DNA from: the human T2T-CHM13v2.0 reference genome, Homo sapiens | NCBI RefSeq assembly: GCF_009914755.1 | Contig: NC_060948.1 | Reading direction: 5' to 3' (one strand) | DNA: 64,000 bases | Translations under genes and position numbers: made by a program | In this document: positions 1 to 14,900 of the stretch, piece by piece | How positions within the stretch are numbered: the stretch's first letter is position 1 | Layout: every line of letters begins with the position of its first letter | Notes under the pieces: generated by a model | Told to the model about the DNA's origin: nothing | What the model saw: the letters and a program-made list of their open reading frames with translations, nothing else | Database searches by the model: none

Positions 1-179
1 GAATCGAACTAAATCGAATGGAATGGAATTGATAGGAACGGAATGGAAAGGAATGCAATGATTTGGCATGGAATGGAATCGAATGGCATCGAATGGAATG
101 GAATGGAATGCAATTGAATGGAACGTATTAGAATGTAATGAACTTTAATGGAATGTACTCGAATGGATTCGACTGGAAT

Positions 180-194
180 GGAATGTTCTGGAAG
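180..194. promoter_or_regulatory. Perfect three-pentamer heat shock element (HSE1), repeated in each DYZ1 unit
   Basis: gGAAtgTTCtgGAAg matches nGAAnnTTCnnGAAn. Intact in 12 of 13 units; TTC is changed to TTG near 25036. Function is inferred. Confidence 0.6.
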
Positions 195-459
195 TGAATG
201 GACTCCAATGGAATGGATTCAAAAGGAATGGAATCGTACGGAATGGAATCTAATGGAATGGAATTAAATGGAAATGAATCAAATTGAATAGCATGGAATT
301 GAGTTGAATGGAATGGAATGCAATGGAATCTAATGAAACGGAAAGGAAAGGAATGGAATGGAATGGAATGGGCTGGAATGGAAAGGAATCGAAACGAATG
401 GAATGGAATCGAACTGAAGAGACTGGAATGGAATGCACTGGAATGGAAGGGAGTGTAAT

Positions 460-474
460 GGAAAGTTCTCGAAA
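460..474. promoter_or_regulatory. Perfect three-pentamer heat shock element (HSE2), repeated in each DYZ1 unit
   Basis: gGAAagTTCtcGAAa (gGAAggTTCtcGAAa in other units). Intact in 12 of 13 units; the third GAA is changed to GGA near 21747. Function is inferred. Confidence 0.6.
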
Positions 475-1476
475 AAAAATGGAATCGAATGGAATGGAAT
501 TGAATGGAACGGAATAGAGTCGAATGGAATTGAATGGAATGGAATGGACTAGAGTGAAATGGAATCGAACCACAAGGAATGGACAGGAATAGAATGGTCT
601 CGAATTGAATGGAATCGTATGGAATGGCATCAAACGGAATGGAATGGACAGCCACGGAATGGAATGCACTCGAATGCAATGGAGTCGAAACTAATGGACT
701 GGAATAGAATGGATTCGACTGGTACGGACTCCAATGGAATGGAATCGAATGGAAGGGAATCGAACGGAATGGACTCGAAGGGAAAAGACTGCAATGGAAA
801 GGTCTCGAATGGAATGGAAATTAATGGAATGGAATGGAATCGAATGAAATGGAGTCAAAAGGAATGGAATCGAATGGCAAGAAATCGAATGTAATGGAAT
901 CGCAAGGAATTGATGTGAACGGAACGGAATGGAATGGAATCCAAAGGAATGGAATAGAATGGAATGGAATCGAATGGAAAGGACTCGAATGGAAATCACT
1001 CGAATAGAATGCAATTTAATAAAATAGGATCAAATGTAATGGAATGGAATGGAAAGGAATCGAAACGAAAGGAATGGAGACAGATGGAATGGAATGGAAC
1101 AGAGAGCAATGGTATAGAATGGAATGGAATCATCTGGAATGGAATGGAATAATATGAAATGGAATGGAATGGAATGGAATGGAATGCCCTTGAATTAAAT
1201 GGACTGGAATGGAATGGACTCGAACAGAGTGGAATGGAAAGTGTTGAGATAGAATGGAATGGACTCGTTTGGAATGGTCTAGTATGCAATGCAATCGACT
1301 GGCAGGGAATCAAAAGGAATGTAATCGAATGGATTGGACTGGAATGCAATGGACTCGAATAGATTGGAAACGGAATGCAAAGGAATGGAATGGAATAGTA
1401 TGGAATGGAATGGAAAGCAATGGAGTGGAATAGACTAGAGTGGAATGGAATGGACTGGAAAGCAATGGACTGGAAT

Positions 1477-1491
1477 GGAACTTTCTTGAAT
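1477..1491. promoter_or_regulatory. Perfect three-pentamer heat shock element (HSE3), repeated in each DYZ1 unit
   Basis: gGAActTTCttGAAt, intact in all 13 units (e.g. 5027, 8576, 12106, 44091). Function is inferred. Confidence 0.6.
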
Positions 1492-2910
1492 GGACTGGAA
1501 TCAAACGGAATGAAATGCAATGCAATCAAATGGCATGGAATAAAATAGAATGAAAGAGAATCAAATGGAATTGAATCGAATGGAATCGAATGGATTGGAA
1601 AGGAATAGAATGGAATGGAATGGAATTGACTCAAATGGAATGGACTAGAATGGAATGGATTCGAATGGAAGGCAAAGGAATGGAATCTATTGGAATGGAC
1701 TGTAATGGAATGGAATGGAAGGGATTGGAATGGACTCGAATGGAATGGACTGCAATAGAAAGGATTCGAATGGAATGAAAAAGAATTGAATGGAATAGAA
1801 CAGAATGGAATCAAATCGAATGAAATGGAATGGAATAGAAAGGAATGGAATGAAATGGAATGGAAAGGATTCGAATGGAATGCAATCGAATGGAATGGAA
1901 TCGAACGGAATGGAATAAAATGGAAGAAAACTGGCAAGAAATGGAATCGAAATGAATGGAGTGTTATGGAACGGACTCAAAAGGAATTGAATGTAATAGA
2001 ATGGAGTGGAGTGGACTCGAATATAATGGACTGGAATGGAATGAAATCACATGGAATGGGAACGAATGGAATGGAATGGAAAGGAATGGAATCGAATGGA
2101 AAGGAATCGAATGGAAGGGAATGAAATTGAATCAACAGGAATGGAAGGGAATAGAATAGACGGTAATGGAATGGACTCGAATAGAATGGACACGAATGCT
2201 CAAATTGAATGGACTCGAATGGAATGGAAACGAAAGGAATGTCATCGAATGGAATTGAATCGATTGGAATGAAATCGCATAGAATGGAGTGGAATCAAAT
2301 GGAATTGAATCGAAAGGAAAGGAAGCGAATGGACTGAAATGAAATGGAATGGAATTGAATGGAAAGTAATGCAATGGAATAGAATGGAACGAAATTTCAC
2401 GGAATGGAATCAAACTGAATGGAATCTAATCAATGGAATCCAATCAAATGGAATGGAGTAGATTGGATTGGATGGGATTGGAATGAAATGTACTGGAAAG
2501 GACTCGAATTTCATGAAACGGAATGGAATGAATTGGAACGGAATGGACTCGAATGGAATGGAATGTCATGGAATGGCATCAAATGGAATGGCATCAAATG
2601 GAATGGAATCGAATGCAATGGAATGCTATGGAATGGAATGGAATGCATTGGAATGGAATGTCCTCTAATGGAATGGATTCGAGTGGAATGGAATCGAATA
2701 CAATGGAGTCGAATGAAATGGAATTGAAAGGAATGGGATCGAATACAATGGAATATACTGGAATGTAATGTAATGAACTCGAATGTAATTGACTGGAATG
2801 GAATGTACATGAATGGAATGTAATCGAATGGAAAGTAATCCAATGGAATAGAATCTAATGCAATAAAATCGTCTCAGATAGAGTAGAATGTAATGGAATG
2901 GAGTGCAGTG

Positions 2911-2990
2911 CAATGGAATGGAATGGAATGGAATGCAATGGAATGGAATGGAATGGAATGGAATGGAATGGAATGGAATGGAATGGAATG
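2911..2990 (+). repeat. Near-pure (GGAAT)n tract within the DYZ1 unit, length-variable between units
   Basis: Ten uninterrupted GAATG at 2941-2990. Homologous tracts differ in copy number (longer at 24191-24300, shorter at 27786-27840). Confidence 0.85.
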
Positions 2991-5900
2991 GGATGGAATG
3001 GTATGGAATGGATAGTAATGGACTGGAGTGAAATGGACTGGAAAGGAATGGACTCAAATTGAAAGGGCTGGAAAGGAATGGAGTCAAATGGAATGGTCTG
3101 GAATGGAATGAACACGAAAGTAATGCAATCCAATAGAATGGAATCGAATGGCATGGAATATAATGAAATGGAATCGAAGAGAATGGAAACAAATGGAATG
3201 GAATTGAATGGAATGGAATTGAATGGAATGGGAACGAATGGAGTGAAATTGTATGCAGTAGAAGGGAATAGAATGGAATGCAAGTGAAAGGAAAGGAATG
3301 GATTGGAATGGAATGGAATTCATTGGAATGGAAGGGAATGTAGTGTAATGGACAGGCCTGGAATAAAGTGGAATGCTACGGTCTCGAATGGAATAAAAAT
3401 GTATGGAATGGAATGCAATGAAACGGAATCGAATGTCATAGAATGTAATGGAATGCAACAAAATGGAATCCAAAATCATTGACTGGAAAGGCTGGGTGTC
3501 GAAAGGAATTGACTCCAATGGAATGGAATCGAATGGAATGGAAGTGAATAGAATCGAACTAAATCGAATGGAATGGAATTGATAGGAACGGAATGGAAAG
3601 GAATGCAATGATTTGGCACGGAATGGAATCGAATGGCATCGAATGGAATGGAATGGAATGCAATTGAATGGAACGTATTAGAATGTAATGAACTTTAATG
3701 GAATGTACTCGAATGGATTCGACTGGAATGGAATGTTCTGGAAGTGAATGGACTCCAATGGAATGGATTCAAAAGGAATGGAATCGTACGGAATGGAATC
3801 TAATGGAATGGAATTAAATGGAAATGAATCAAATTGAATAGCATGGAATTGAATTGAATGGAATCGAATGCAATGGAATCTAATGAAACGGAAAGGAAAG
3901 GAATGGAATGGAATGGAATGGGCTGGAATGGAAAGGAATCGAAACGAATGGAATGGAATCGAACTGAAGAGACTGGAATGGAATGCACTGGAATGGAAGG
4001 GAGTGTAATGGAAAGTTCTCGAAAAAAAATGGAATCGAATGGAATGGAATTGAATGGAACGGAATAGAGTCGAATGGAATTGAATGGAATGGAATGGACT
4101 AGAGTGAAATGGAATCGAACCACAAGGAATGGACAGGAATAGAATGGTCTCGAATTGAATGGAATCGTATGGAATGGCATCAAACGGAATGGAATGGACA
4201 GCCACGGAATGGAATGCACTCGAATGCAATGGAGTCGAAACTAATGGACTGGAATAGAATGGATTCGACTGGTACGGACTCCAATGGAATGGAATCGAAT
4301 GGAAGGGAATCGAACGGAATGGACTCGAAGGGAAAAGACTGCAATGGAAAGGTCTCGAATGGAATGGAAATTAATGGAATGGAATGGAATCGAATGAAAT
4401 GGAGTCAAAAGGAATGGAATCGAATGGCAAGAAATCGAATGTAATGGAATCGCAAGGAATTGATGTGAACGGAACGGAATGGAATGGAATCCAAAGGAAT
4501 GGAATAGAATGGAATGGAATCGAATGGAAAGGACTCGAATGGAAATCACTCGAATAGAATGCAATTTAATAAAATAGGATCAAATGTAATGGAATGGAAT
4601 GGAAAGGAATCGAAACGAAAGGAATGGAGACAGATGGAATGGAATGGAACAGAGAGCAATGGTATAGAATGGAATGGAATCATCTGGAATGGAATGGAAT
4701 AATATGAAATGGAATGGAATGGAATGGAATGGAATGCCCTTGAATTAAATGGACTGGAATGGAATGGACTCGAACAGAGTGGAATGGAAAGTGTTGAGAT
4801 AGAATGGAATGGACTCGTTTGGAATGGTCTAGTATGCAATGCAATCGACTGGCAGGGAATCAAAAGGAATGTAATCGAATGGATTGGACTGGAATGCAAT
4901 GGACTCGAATAGATTGGAAACGGAATGCAAAGGAATGGAATGGAATAGTATGGAATGGAATGGAAAGCAATGGAGTGGAATAGACTAGAGTGGAATGGAA
5001 TGGACTGGAAAGCAATGGACTGGAATGGAACTTTCTTGAATGGACTGGAATCAAACGGAATGAAATGCAATGCAATCAAATGGCATGGAATAAAATAGAA
5101 TGAAAGAGAATCAAATGGAATTGAATCGAATGGAATCGAATGGATTGGAAAGGAATAGAATGGAATGGAATGGAATTGACTCAAATGGAATGGACTAGAA
5201 TGGAATGGATTCGAATGGAAGGCAAAGGAATGGAATCTATTGGAATGGACTGTAATGGAATGGAATGGAAGGGATTGGAATGGACTCGAATGGAATGGAC
5301 TGCAATAGAAAGGATTCGAATGGAATGAAAAAGAATTGAATGGAATAGAACAGAATGGAATCAAATCGAATGAAATGGAATGGAATAGAAAGGAATGGAA
5401 TGAAATGGAATGGAAAGGATTCGAATGGAATGCAATCGAATGGAATGGAATCGAACGGAATGGAATAAAATGGAAGAAAACTGGCAAGAAATGGAATCGA
5501 AATGAATGGAGTGTTATGGAACGGACTCAAAAGGAATTGAATGTAATAGAATGGAGTGGAGTGGACTCGAATATAATGGACTGGAATGGAATGAAATCAC
5601 ATGGAATGGGAACGAATGGAATGGAATGGAAAGGAATGGAATCGAATGGAAAGGAATCGAATGGAAGGGAATGAAATTGAATCAACAGGAATGGAAGGGA
5701 ATAGAATAGACGGTAATGGAATGGACTCGAATAGAATGGACACGAATGCTCAAATTGAATGGACTCGAATGGAATGGAAACGAAAGGAATGTCATCGAAT
5801 GGAATTGAATCGATTGGAATGAAATCGCATAGAATGGAGTGGAATCAAATGGAATTGAATCGAAAGGAAAGGAAGCGAATGGACTGAAATGAAATGGAAT

Positions 5901-8900
5901 GGAATTGAATGGAAAGTAATGCAATGGAATAGAATGGAACGAAATTTCACGGAATGGAATCAAACTGAATGGAATCTAATCAATGGAATCCAATCAAATG
6001 GAATGGAGTAGATTGGATTGGATGGGATTGGAATGAAATGTACTGGAAAGGACTCGAATTTCATGAAACGGAATGGAATGAATTGGAACGGAATGGACTC
6101 GAATGGAATGGAATGTCATGGAATGGCATCAAATGGAATGGCATCAAATGGAATGGAATCGAATGCAATGGAATGCTATGGAATGGAATGGAATGCATTG
6201 GAATGGAATGTCCTCTAATGGAATGGATTCGAGTGGAATGGAATCGAATACAATGGAGTCGAATGAAATGGAATTGAAAGGAATGGGATCGAATACAATG
6301 GAATATACTGGAATGTAATGTAATGAACTCGAATGTAATTGACTGGAATGGAATGTACATGAATGGAATGTAATCGAATGGAAAGTAATCCAATGGAATA
6401 GAATCTAATGCAATAAAATCGTCTCAGATAGAGTAGAATGTAATGGAATGGAGTGCAGTGCAATGGAATGGAATGGAATGGAATGCAATGGAATGGAATG
6501 GAATGGAATGGAATGGAATGGAATGGAATGGAATGGAATGGGATGGAATGGTATGGAATGGATAGTAATGGACTGGAGTGAAATGGACTGGAAAGGAATG
6601 GACTCAAATTGAAAGGGCTGGAAAGGAATGGAGTCAAATGGAATGGTCTGGAATGGAATGAACACGAAAGTAATGCAATCCAATAGAATGGAATCGAATG
6701 GCATGGAATATAATGAAATGGAATCGAAGAGAATGGAAACAAATGGAATGGAATTGAATGGAATGGAATTGAATGGAATGGGAACGAATGGAGTGAAATT
6801 GTATGCAGTAGAAGGGAATAGAATGGAATGCAAGTGAAAGGAAAGGAATGGATTGGAATGGAATGGAATTCATTGGAATGGAAGGGAATGTAGTGTAATG
6901 GACAGGCCTGGAATAAAGTGGAATGCTACGGTCTCGAATGGAATAAAAATGTATGGAATGGAATGCAATGAAACGGAATCGAATGTCATAGAATGTAATG
7001 GAATGCAACAAAATGGAATCCAAAATCATTGACTGGAAAGGCTGGGTGTCGAAAGGAATTGACTCCAATGGAATGGAATCGAATGGAATGGAAGTGAATA
7101 GAATCGAACTAAATCGAATGGAATGGAATTGATAGGAACGGAATGGAAAGGAATGCAATGATTTGGCACGGAATGGAATCGAATGGCATCGAATGGAATG
7201 GAATGGAATGCAATTGAATGGAACGTATTAGAATGTAATGAACTTTAATGGAATGTACTCGAATGGATTCGACTGGAATGGAATGTTCTGGAAGTGAATG
7301 GACTCCAATGGAATGGATTCAAAAGGAATGGAATCGTACGGAATGGAATCTAATGGAATGGAATTAAATGGAAATGAATCAAATTGAATAGCATGGAATT
7401 GAATTGAATGGAATCGAATGCAATGGAATCTAATGAAACGGAAAGGAAAGGAATGGAATGGAATGGAATGGGCTGGAATGGAAAGGAATCGAAACGAATG
7501 GAATGGAATCGAACTGACGAGACTGGAATGGAATGCACTGGAATGGAAGGGAGTGTAATGGAAGGTTCTCGAAAAAAATGGAATCGAATGGAATGGAATT
7601 GAATGGAACGGAATAGAGTCGAATGGAATTGAATGGAATGGAATGGACTAGAGTGAAATGGAATCGAACCACAAGGAATGGACAGGAATAGAATGGTCTC
7701 GAATTGAATGGAATCGTATGGAATGGCATCAAACGGAATGGAATGGACAGCCACGGAATGGAATGCACTCGAATGCAATGGAGTCGAAACTAATGGACTG
7801 GAATAGAATGGATTCGACTGGTACGGACTCCAATGGAATGGAATCGAATGGAAGGGAATCGAACGGAATGGACTCGAAGGGAAAAGACTGCAATGGAAAG
7901 GTCTCGAATGGAATGGAAATTAATGGAATGGAATGGAATTGAATGAAATGGAGTCAAAAGGAATGGAATCGAATGGCAAGAAATCGAATGTAATGGAATC
8001 GCAAGGAATTGATGTAAACGGAACGGAATGGAATGGAATCCAAAGGAATGGAATAGAATGGAATGGAATCGAATGGAAAGGACTCGAATGGAAATCACTC
8101 GAATAGAATGCAATTTAATAAAATAGGATCAAATGTAATGGAATGGAATGGAAAGGAATCGAAACGAAAGGAATGGAGACAGATGGAATGGAATGGAACA
8201 GAGAGCAATGGTATAGAATGGAATGGAATCATCTGGAATGGAATGGAATAATATGAAATGGAATGGAATGGAATGGAATGGAATGCCCTTGAATTAAATG
8301 GACTGGAATGGAATGGACTCGAACAGAGTGGAATGGAAAGTGTTGAGATAGAATGGAATGGACTCCTTTGGAATGGTGTAGTATGCAATGCAATCGACTG
8401 GCAGGGAATCAAAAGGAATGTAATCGAATGGATTGGACTGGAATGCAATGGACTCGAATAGATTGCAAACGGAATGCAAAGGAATGGAATGGAATAGTAT
8501 GGAATGGAATGGAAAGGAATGGAGTGGAATAGACTAGAGTGGAATGGAATGGACTGGAAAGCAATGGACTGGAATGGAACTTTCTTGAATGGACTGGAAT
8601 CAAACGGAATGGAATGCAATGCAATCAAATGGCATGGAATAAAATAGAATGAAAGAGAATCAAATGGAATTGAATCGAATGGAATCGAATGGATTGGAAA
8701 GGAATAGAATGGAATGGAATGGAATGGACTAGAATGGAATGGATTCGAATGGAAGGCAAAGGAATGGAATCTATTGGAATGGACTGTAATGGAATGGAAT
8801 GGAAGGGATTGGAATGGACTCGAATGGAATGGACTGCAATAGAAAGGATTCGAATGGAATGAAAAAGAGTTGAATGGAATAGAACAGAATGGAATCAAAT

Positions 8901-11900
8901 CGAATGAAATGGAATGGAATAGAAAGGAATGGAATGAAATGGAATGGAAAGGATTCGAATGGAATGCAATCGAATGGAATGGAATCGAACGGAATGGAAT
9001 AAAATGGAAGAAAACTGGCAAGAAATGGAATCGAAATGAATGGAGTGTTATGGAACGGACTCAAAAGGAATTGAATGTAATAGAATGGAGTGGAGTGGAC
9101 TCGAATATAATGGACTGGAATGGAATGAAATCACATGGAATGGGAACGAATGGAATGGAATGGAAAGGAATGGAATGGAATGGAAAGGAATCGAATGGAA
9201 GGGAATGAAATTGAATCAACAGGAATGGAAGGGAATAGAATAGACGGTAATGGAATGGACTCAAATAGAATGGACACGAATGCTCAAATTGAATGGACTC
9301 GAATGGAATGGAAACGAAAGGAATGTCATCGAATGGAATTGAATCGATTGGAATGAAATCGCATAGAATGGAGTGGAATCAAATGGAATTGAATCGAAAG
9401 GAAAGGAAGCGAATGGACTGAAATGAAATGGAATGGAATTGAATGGAAAGTAATGCAATGGAATAGAATGGAACGAAATTTCACGGAATGGAATCAAACT
9501 GAATGGAATCAAATCAATGGAATCCAATCAAATGGAATGGAGTAGATTGGATTGGATGGGATTGGAATAAAATGTACTGGAAAGGACTCGAATTTCATGA
9601 AACGGAATGGAATGAATTGGAACGGAATGGACTCGAATGGAATGGAATGTCATAGAATGGCATCAAATGGAATGGCATCAAATGGAATGGAATCGAATGC
9701 AATGGAATGCTATGGAATGGAATGGAATGCATTGGAATGGAATGTCCTCTAATGGAATGGATTCGAGTGGAATGGAATCGAATATAATGGAGTCGAATGA
9801 AATGGAATTGAAAGGAATGGGATCGAATACAATGGAATATACTGGAATGTAATGTAATGAACTCGAATGTAATTGACTGGAATGGAATGTACATGAATGG
9901 AATGTAATCGAATGGAAAGTAATCCAATGGAATAGAATCTAATGCAATAAAATCGACTCAGATAGAGTAGAATGTAATGGAATGGAGTGCAGTGCAATGG
10001 AATGGAATGGAATGGAATGCAATGGAATGGAATGGAATGGAATGGAATGCAGTGGAATGGAATGGAATGGAATGGGATGGAATGGTATGGAATGGATAGT
10101 AATGGACTGGAGTGAAATGGACTGGAAAGGAATGGACTCAAATTGAAAGGGCTCGAAAGGAATGGAGTCAAATGGAATGGTCTGGAATGGAATGAACACG
10201 AAAGTAATGCAATCCAATAGAATGGAATCGAATGGCATGGAATATAAAGAAATGGAATCGAAGAGAATGGAAACAAATGGAATGGAATTGAATGGAATGG
10301 AATTGAATGGAATGGGAACGAATGGAGTGAAATTGTATGCAGTAGAAGGGAATAGAATGGAATGCAAGCGAAAGGAAAGGAATGGATTGGAATGGAATGG
10401 AATTCATTGGAATGGAAGGGAATGTAGTGTAATGGACAGGCCTGGAATAAAGTGGAATGCTACGGTCTCGAATGGAATAAAAATGTATGGAATGGAATGC
10501 AATGAAACGGAATCGAATGTCATAGAATGTAATGGAATGCAAAAAAATGGAATCCAAAATCATTGACTGGAAAGGCTGGGTGTCGAAAGGAATTGACTCC
10601 AATGGAATGGAATCGAATGGAATGGAAGTGAATAGAATCGAACTAAATCGAATGGAATGGAATTGATAGGAACGGAATGGAAAGGAATGCAATGATTTGG
10701 CACGGAATGGAATCGAATGGCATCGAATGGAATGGAATGGAATGCAATTGAATGGAACGTATTAGAATGTAATGAACTTTAATGGAATGTACTCGAATGG
10801 ATTCGACTGGAATGGAATGTTCTGGAAGTGAATGGACTCCAATGGAATGGATTCAAAAGGAATGGAATCGTACGGAATGGAATCTAATGGAATGGAATTA
10901 AATGGAAATGAATCAAATTGAATAGCATGGAATTGAGTTGAATGGAATGGAATGCAATGGAATCTAATGAAACGGAAAGGAAAGGAATGGAATGGAATGG
11001 GCTGGAATGGAAAGGAATCGAAACGAATGGAATGGAATCGAACTGAAGAGACTGGAATGGAATGCACTGGAATGGAAGGGAGTGTAATGGAAAGTTCTCG
11101 AAAAAAAATGGAATCGAATGGAATGGAATTGAATGGAACGGAATAGAGTCGAATGGAATTGAATGGAATGGAATGGACTAGAGTGAAATGGAATCGAACC
11201 ACAAGGAATGGACAGGAATAGAATGGTCTCGAATTGAATGGAATCGTATGGAATGGCATCAAACGGAATGGAATGGACAACCACGGAATGGAATGCACTC
11301 GAATGCAATGGAGTCGAAACTAATGGACTGGAATAGAATGGATTCGACTGGTACGGACTCCAATGGAATGGAATCGAATGGAAGGGAATCGAACGGAATG
11401 GACTCGAAGGGAAAAGACTGCAATGGAAAGGTCTCGAATGGAATGGAAATTAATGGAATGGAATGGAATCGAATGAAATGGAGTCAAAAGGAATGGAATC
11501 GAATGGCAAGAAATCGAATGTAATGGAATCGCAAGGAATTGATGTGAACGGAACGGAATGGAATGGAATCCAAAGGAATGGAATAGAATGGAATGGAATC
11601 GAATGGAAAGGACTCGAATGGAAATCACTCGAATAGAATGCAATTTAATAAAATAGGATCAAATGTAATGGAATGGAATGGAAAGGAATCGAAACGAAAG
11701 GAATGGAGACAGATGGAATGGAATGGAACAGAGAGCAATGGTATAGAATGGAATGGAATCATCTGGAATGGAATGGAATAATATGAAATGGAATGGAATG
11801 GAATGGAATGGAATGCCCTTGAATTAAATGGACTGGAATGGAATGGACTCGAACAGAGTGGAATGGAAAGTGTTGAGATAGAATGGAATGGACTCGTTTG

Positions 11901-14900
11901 GAATGGTCTAGTATGCAATGCAATCGACTGGCAGGGAATCAAAAGGAATGTAATGGAATGGATTGGACTGGAATGCAATGGACTCGAATAGATTGGAAAC
12001 GGAATGCAAAGGAATGGAATGGAATAGTATGGAATGGAATGGAAAGCAATGGAGTGGAATAGACTAGAGTGGAATGGAATGGACTGGAAAGCAATGGACT
12101 GGAATGGAACTTTCTTGAATGGACTGGAATCAAACGGAATGAAATGCAATGCAATCAAATGGCATGGAATAAAATAGAATGAAAGAGAATCAAATGGAAT
12201 TGAATCGAATGGAATCGAATGGATTGGAAAGGAATAGAATGGAATGGAATGGAATTGACTCAAATGGAATGGACTAGAATGGAATGGATTCGAATGGAAG
12301 GCAAAGGAATGGAATCTATTGGAATGGACTGTAATGGAATGGAATGGAAGGGATTGGAATGGACTCGAATGGAATGGACTGCAATAGAAAGGATTCGAAT
12401 GGAATGAAAAAGAATTGAATGGAATAGAACAGAATGGAATCAAATCGAATGAAATGGAATGGAATAGAAAGGAATGGAATGAAATGGAATGGAAAGGATT
12501 CGAATGGAATGCAATCGAATGGAATGGAATCGAACGGAATGGAATAAAATGGAAGAAAACTGGCAAGAAATGGAATCGAAATGAATGGAGTGTTATGGAA
12601 CGGACTCAAAAGGAATTGAATGTAATAGAATGGAGTGGAGTGGACTCGAATATAATGGACTGGAATGGAATGAAATCACATGGAATGGGAACGAATGGAA
12701 TGGAATGGAAAGGAATGGAATCGAATGGAAAGGAATCGAATGGAAGGGAATGAAATTGAATCAACAGGAATGGAAGGGAATAGAATAGACGGTAATGGAA
12801 TGGACTCGAATAGAATGGACACGAATGCTCAAATTGAATGGACTCGAATGGAATGGAAACGAAAGGAATGTCATCGAATGGAATTGAATCGATTGGAATG
12901 AAATCGCATAGAATGGAGTGGAATCAAATGGAATTGAATCGAAAGGAAAGGAAGCGAATGGACTGAAATGAAATGGAATGGAATTGAATGGAAAGTAATG
13001 CAATGGAATAGAATGGAACGAAATTTCACGGAATGGAATCAAACTGAATGGAATCTAATCAATGGAATCCAATCAAATGGAATGGAGTAGATTGGATTGG
13101 ATGGGATTGGAATGAAATGTACTGGAAAGGACTCGAATTTCATGAAACGGAATGGAATGAATTGGAACGTAATGGACTCGAATGGAATGCAATGTCATGG
13201 AATGGCATCAAATGGAATGGCATCAAATGGAATGGAATCGAATGCAATGGAATGCTATGGAATGGAATGGAATGCATTGGAATGGAATGTCCTCTAATGG
13301 AATGGATTCGAGTGGAATGGAATCGAATACAATGGAGTCGAATGAAATGGAATTGAAAGGAATGGGATCGAATACAATGGAATATACTGGAATGTAATGT
13401 AATGAACTCGAATGTAATTGACTGGAATGGAATGTACATGAATGGAATGTAATCGAATGGAAAGTAATCCAATGGAATAGAATCTAATGCAATAAAATCG
13501 TCTCAGATAGAGTAGAATGTAATGGAATGGAGTGCAGTGCAATGGAATGGAATGGAATGGAATGCAATGGAATGGAATGGAATGGAATGGAATGGAATGG
13601 AATGGAATGGAATGGGATGGAATGGTATGGAATGGATAGTAATGGACTGGAGTGAAATGGACTGGAAAGGAATGGACTCAAATTGAAAGGGCTGGAAAGG
13701 AATGGAGTCAAATGGAATGGTCTGGAATGGAATGAACACGAAAGTAATGCAATCCAATAGAATGGAATCGAATGGCATGGAATATAATGAAATGGAATCG
13801 AATGGAATGGAAACAAATGGAATGGAATTGAATGGAATGGAATTGAATGGAATGGGAACGAATGGAGTGAAATTGTATGCAGTAGAAGGGAATAGAATGG
13901 AATGCAAGTGAAAGGAAAGGAATGGATTGGAATGGAATGGAATTCATTGGAATGGAAGGGAATGTAGTGTAATGGACAGGCCTGGAATAAAGTGGAATGC
14001 TACGGTCTCGAATGGAATAAAAATGTATGGAATGGAATGCAATGAAACGGAATCGAATGTCATAGAATGTAATGGAATGCAACAAAATGGAATCCAAAAT
14101 CATTGACTGGAAAGGCTGGGTGTCGAAAGGAATTGACTCCAATGGAATGGAATCGAATGGAATGGAAGTGAATAGAATCGAACTAAATCGAATGGAATGG
14201 AATTGATAGGAACGGAATGGAAAGGAATGCAATGATTTGGCACGGAATGGAATCGAATGGCATCGAATGGAATGGAATGGAATGCAATTGAATGGAACGT
14301 ATTAGAATGTAATGAACTTTAATGGAATGTACTCGAATGGATTCGACTGGAATGGAATGTTCTGGAAGTGAATGGACTCCAATGGAATGGATTCAAAAGG
14401 AATGGAATCGTACGGAATGGAATCTAATGGAATGGAATTAAATGGAAATGAATCAAATTGAATAGCATGGAATTGAATTGAATGGAATCGAATGCAATGG
14501 AATCTAATGAAACGGAAAGGAAAGGAATGGAATGGAATGGAATGGGCTGGAATGGAAAGGAATCGAAACGAATGGAATGGAATCGAACTGACGAGACTGG
14601 AATGGAATGCACTGGAATGGAAGGGAGTGTAATGGAAGGTTCTCGAAAAAAATGGAATCGAATGGAATGGAATTGAATGGAACGGAATAGAGTCGAATGG
14701 AATTGAATGGAATGGAATGGACTAGAGTGAAATGGAATCGAACCACAAGGAATGGACAGGAATAGAATGGTCTCGAATTGAATGGAATCGTATGGAATGG
14801 CATCAAACGGAATGGAATGGACAGCCACGGAATGGAATGCACTCGAATGCAATGGAGTCGAAACTAATGGACTGGAATAGAATGGATTCGACTGGTACGG

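Noticed and set aside
2391-2520. Additional HSE-like sites GAAatTTCacGGA (2391) and GAAtTTCatGAA (2506)
   Set aside because: Only two correctly spaced pentamers in each, so they were not counted as perfect HSEs.
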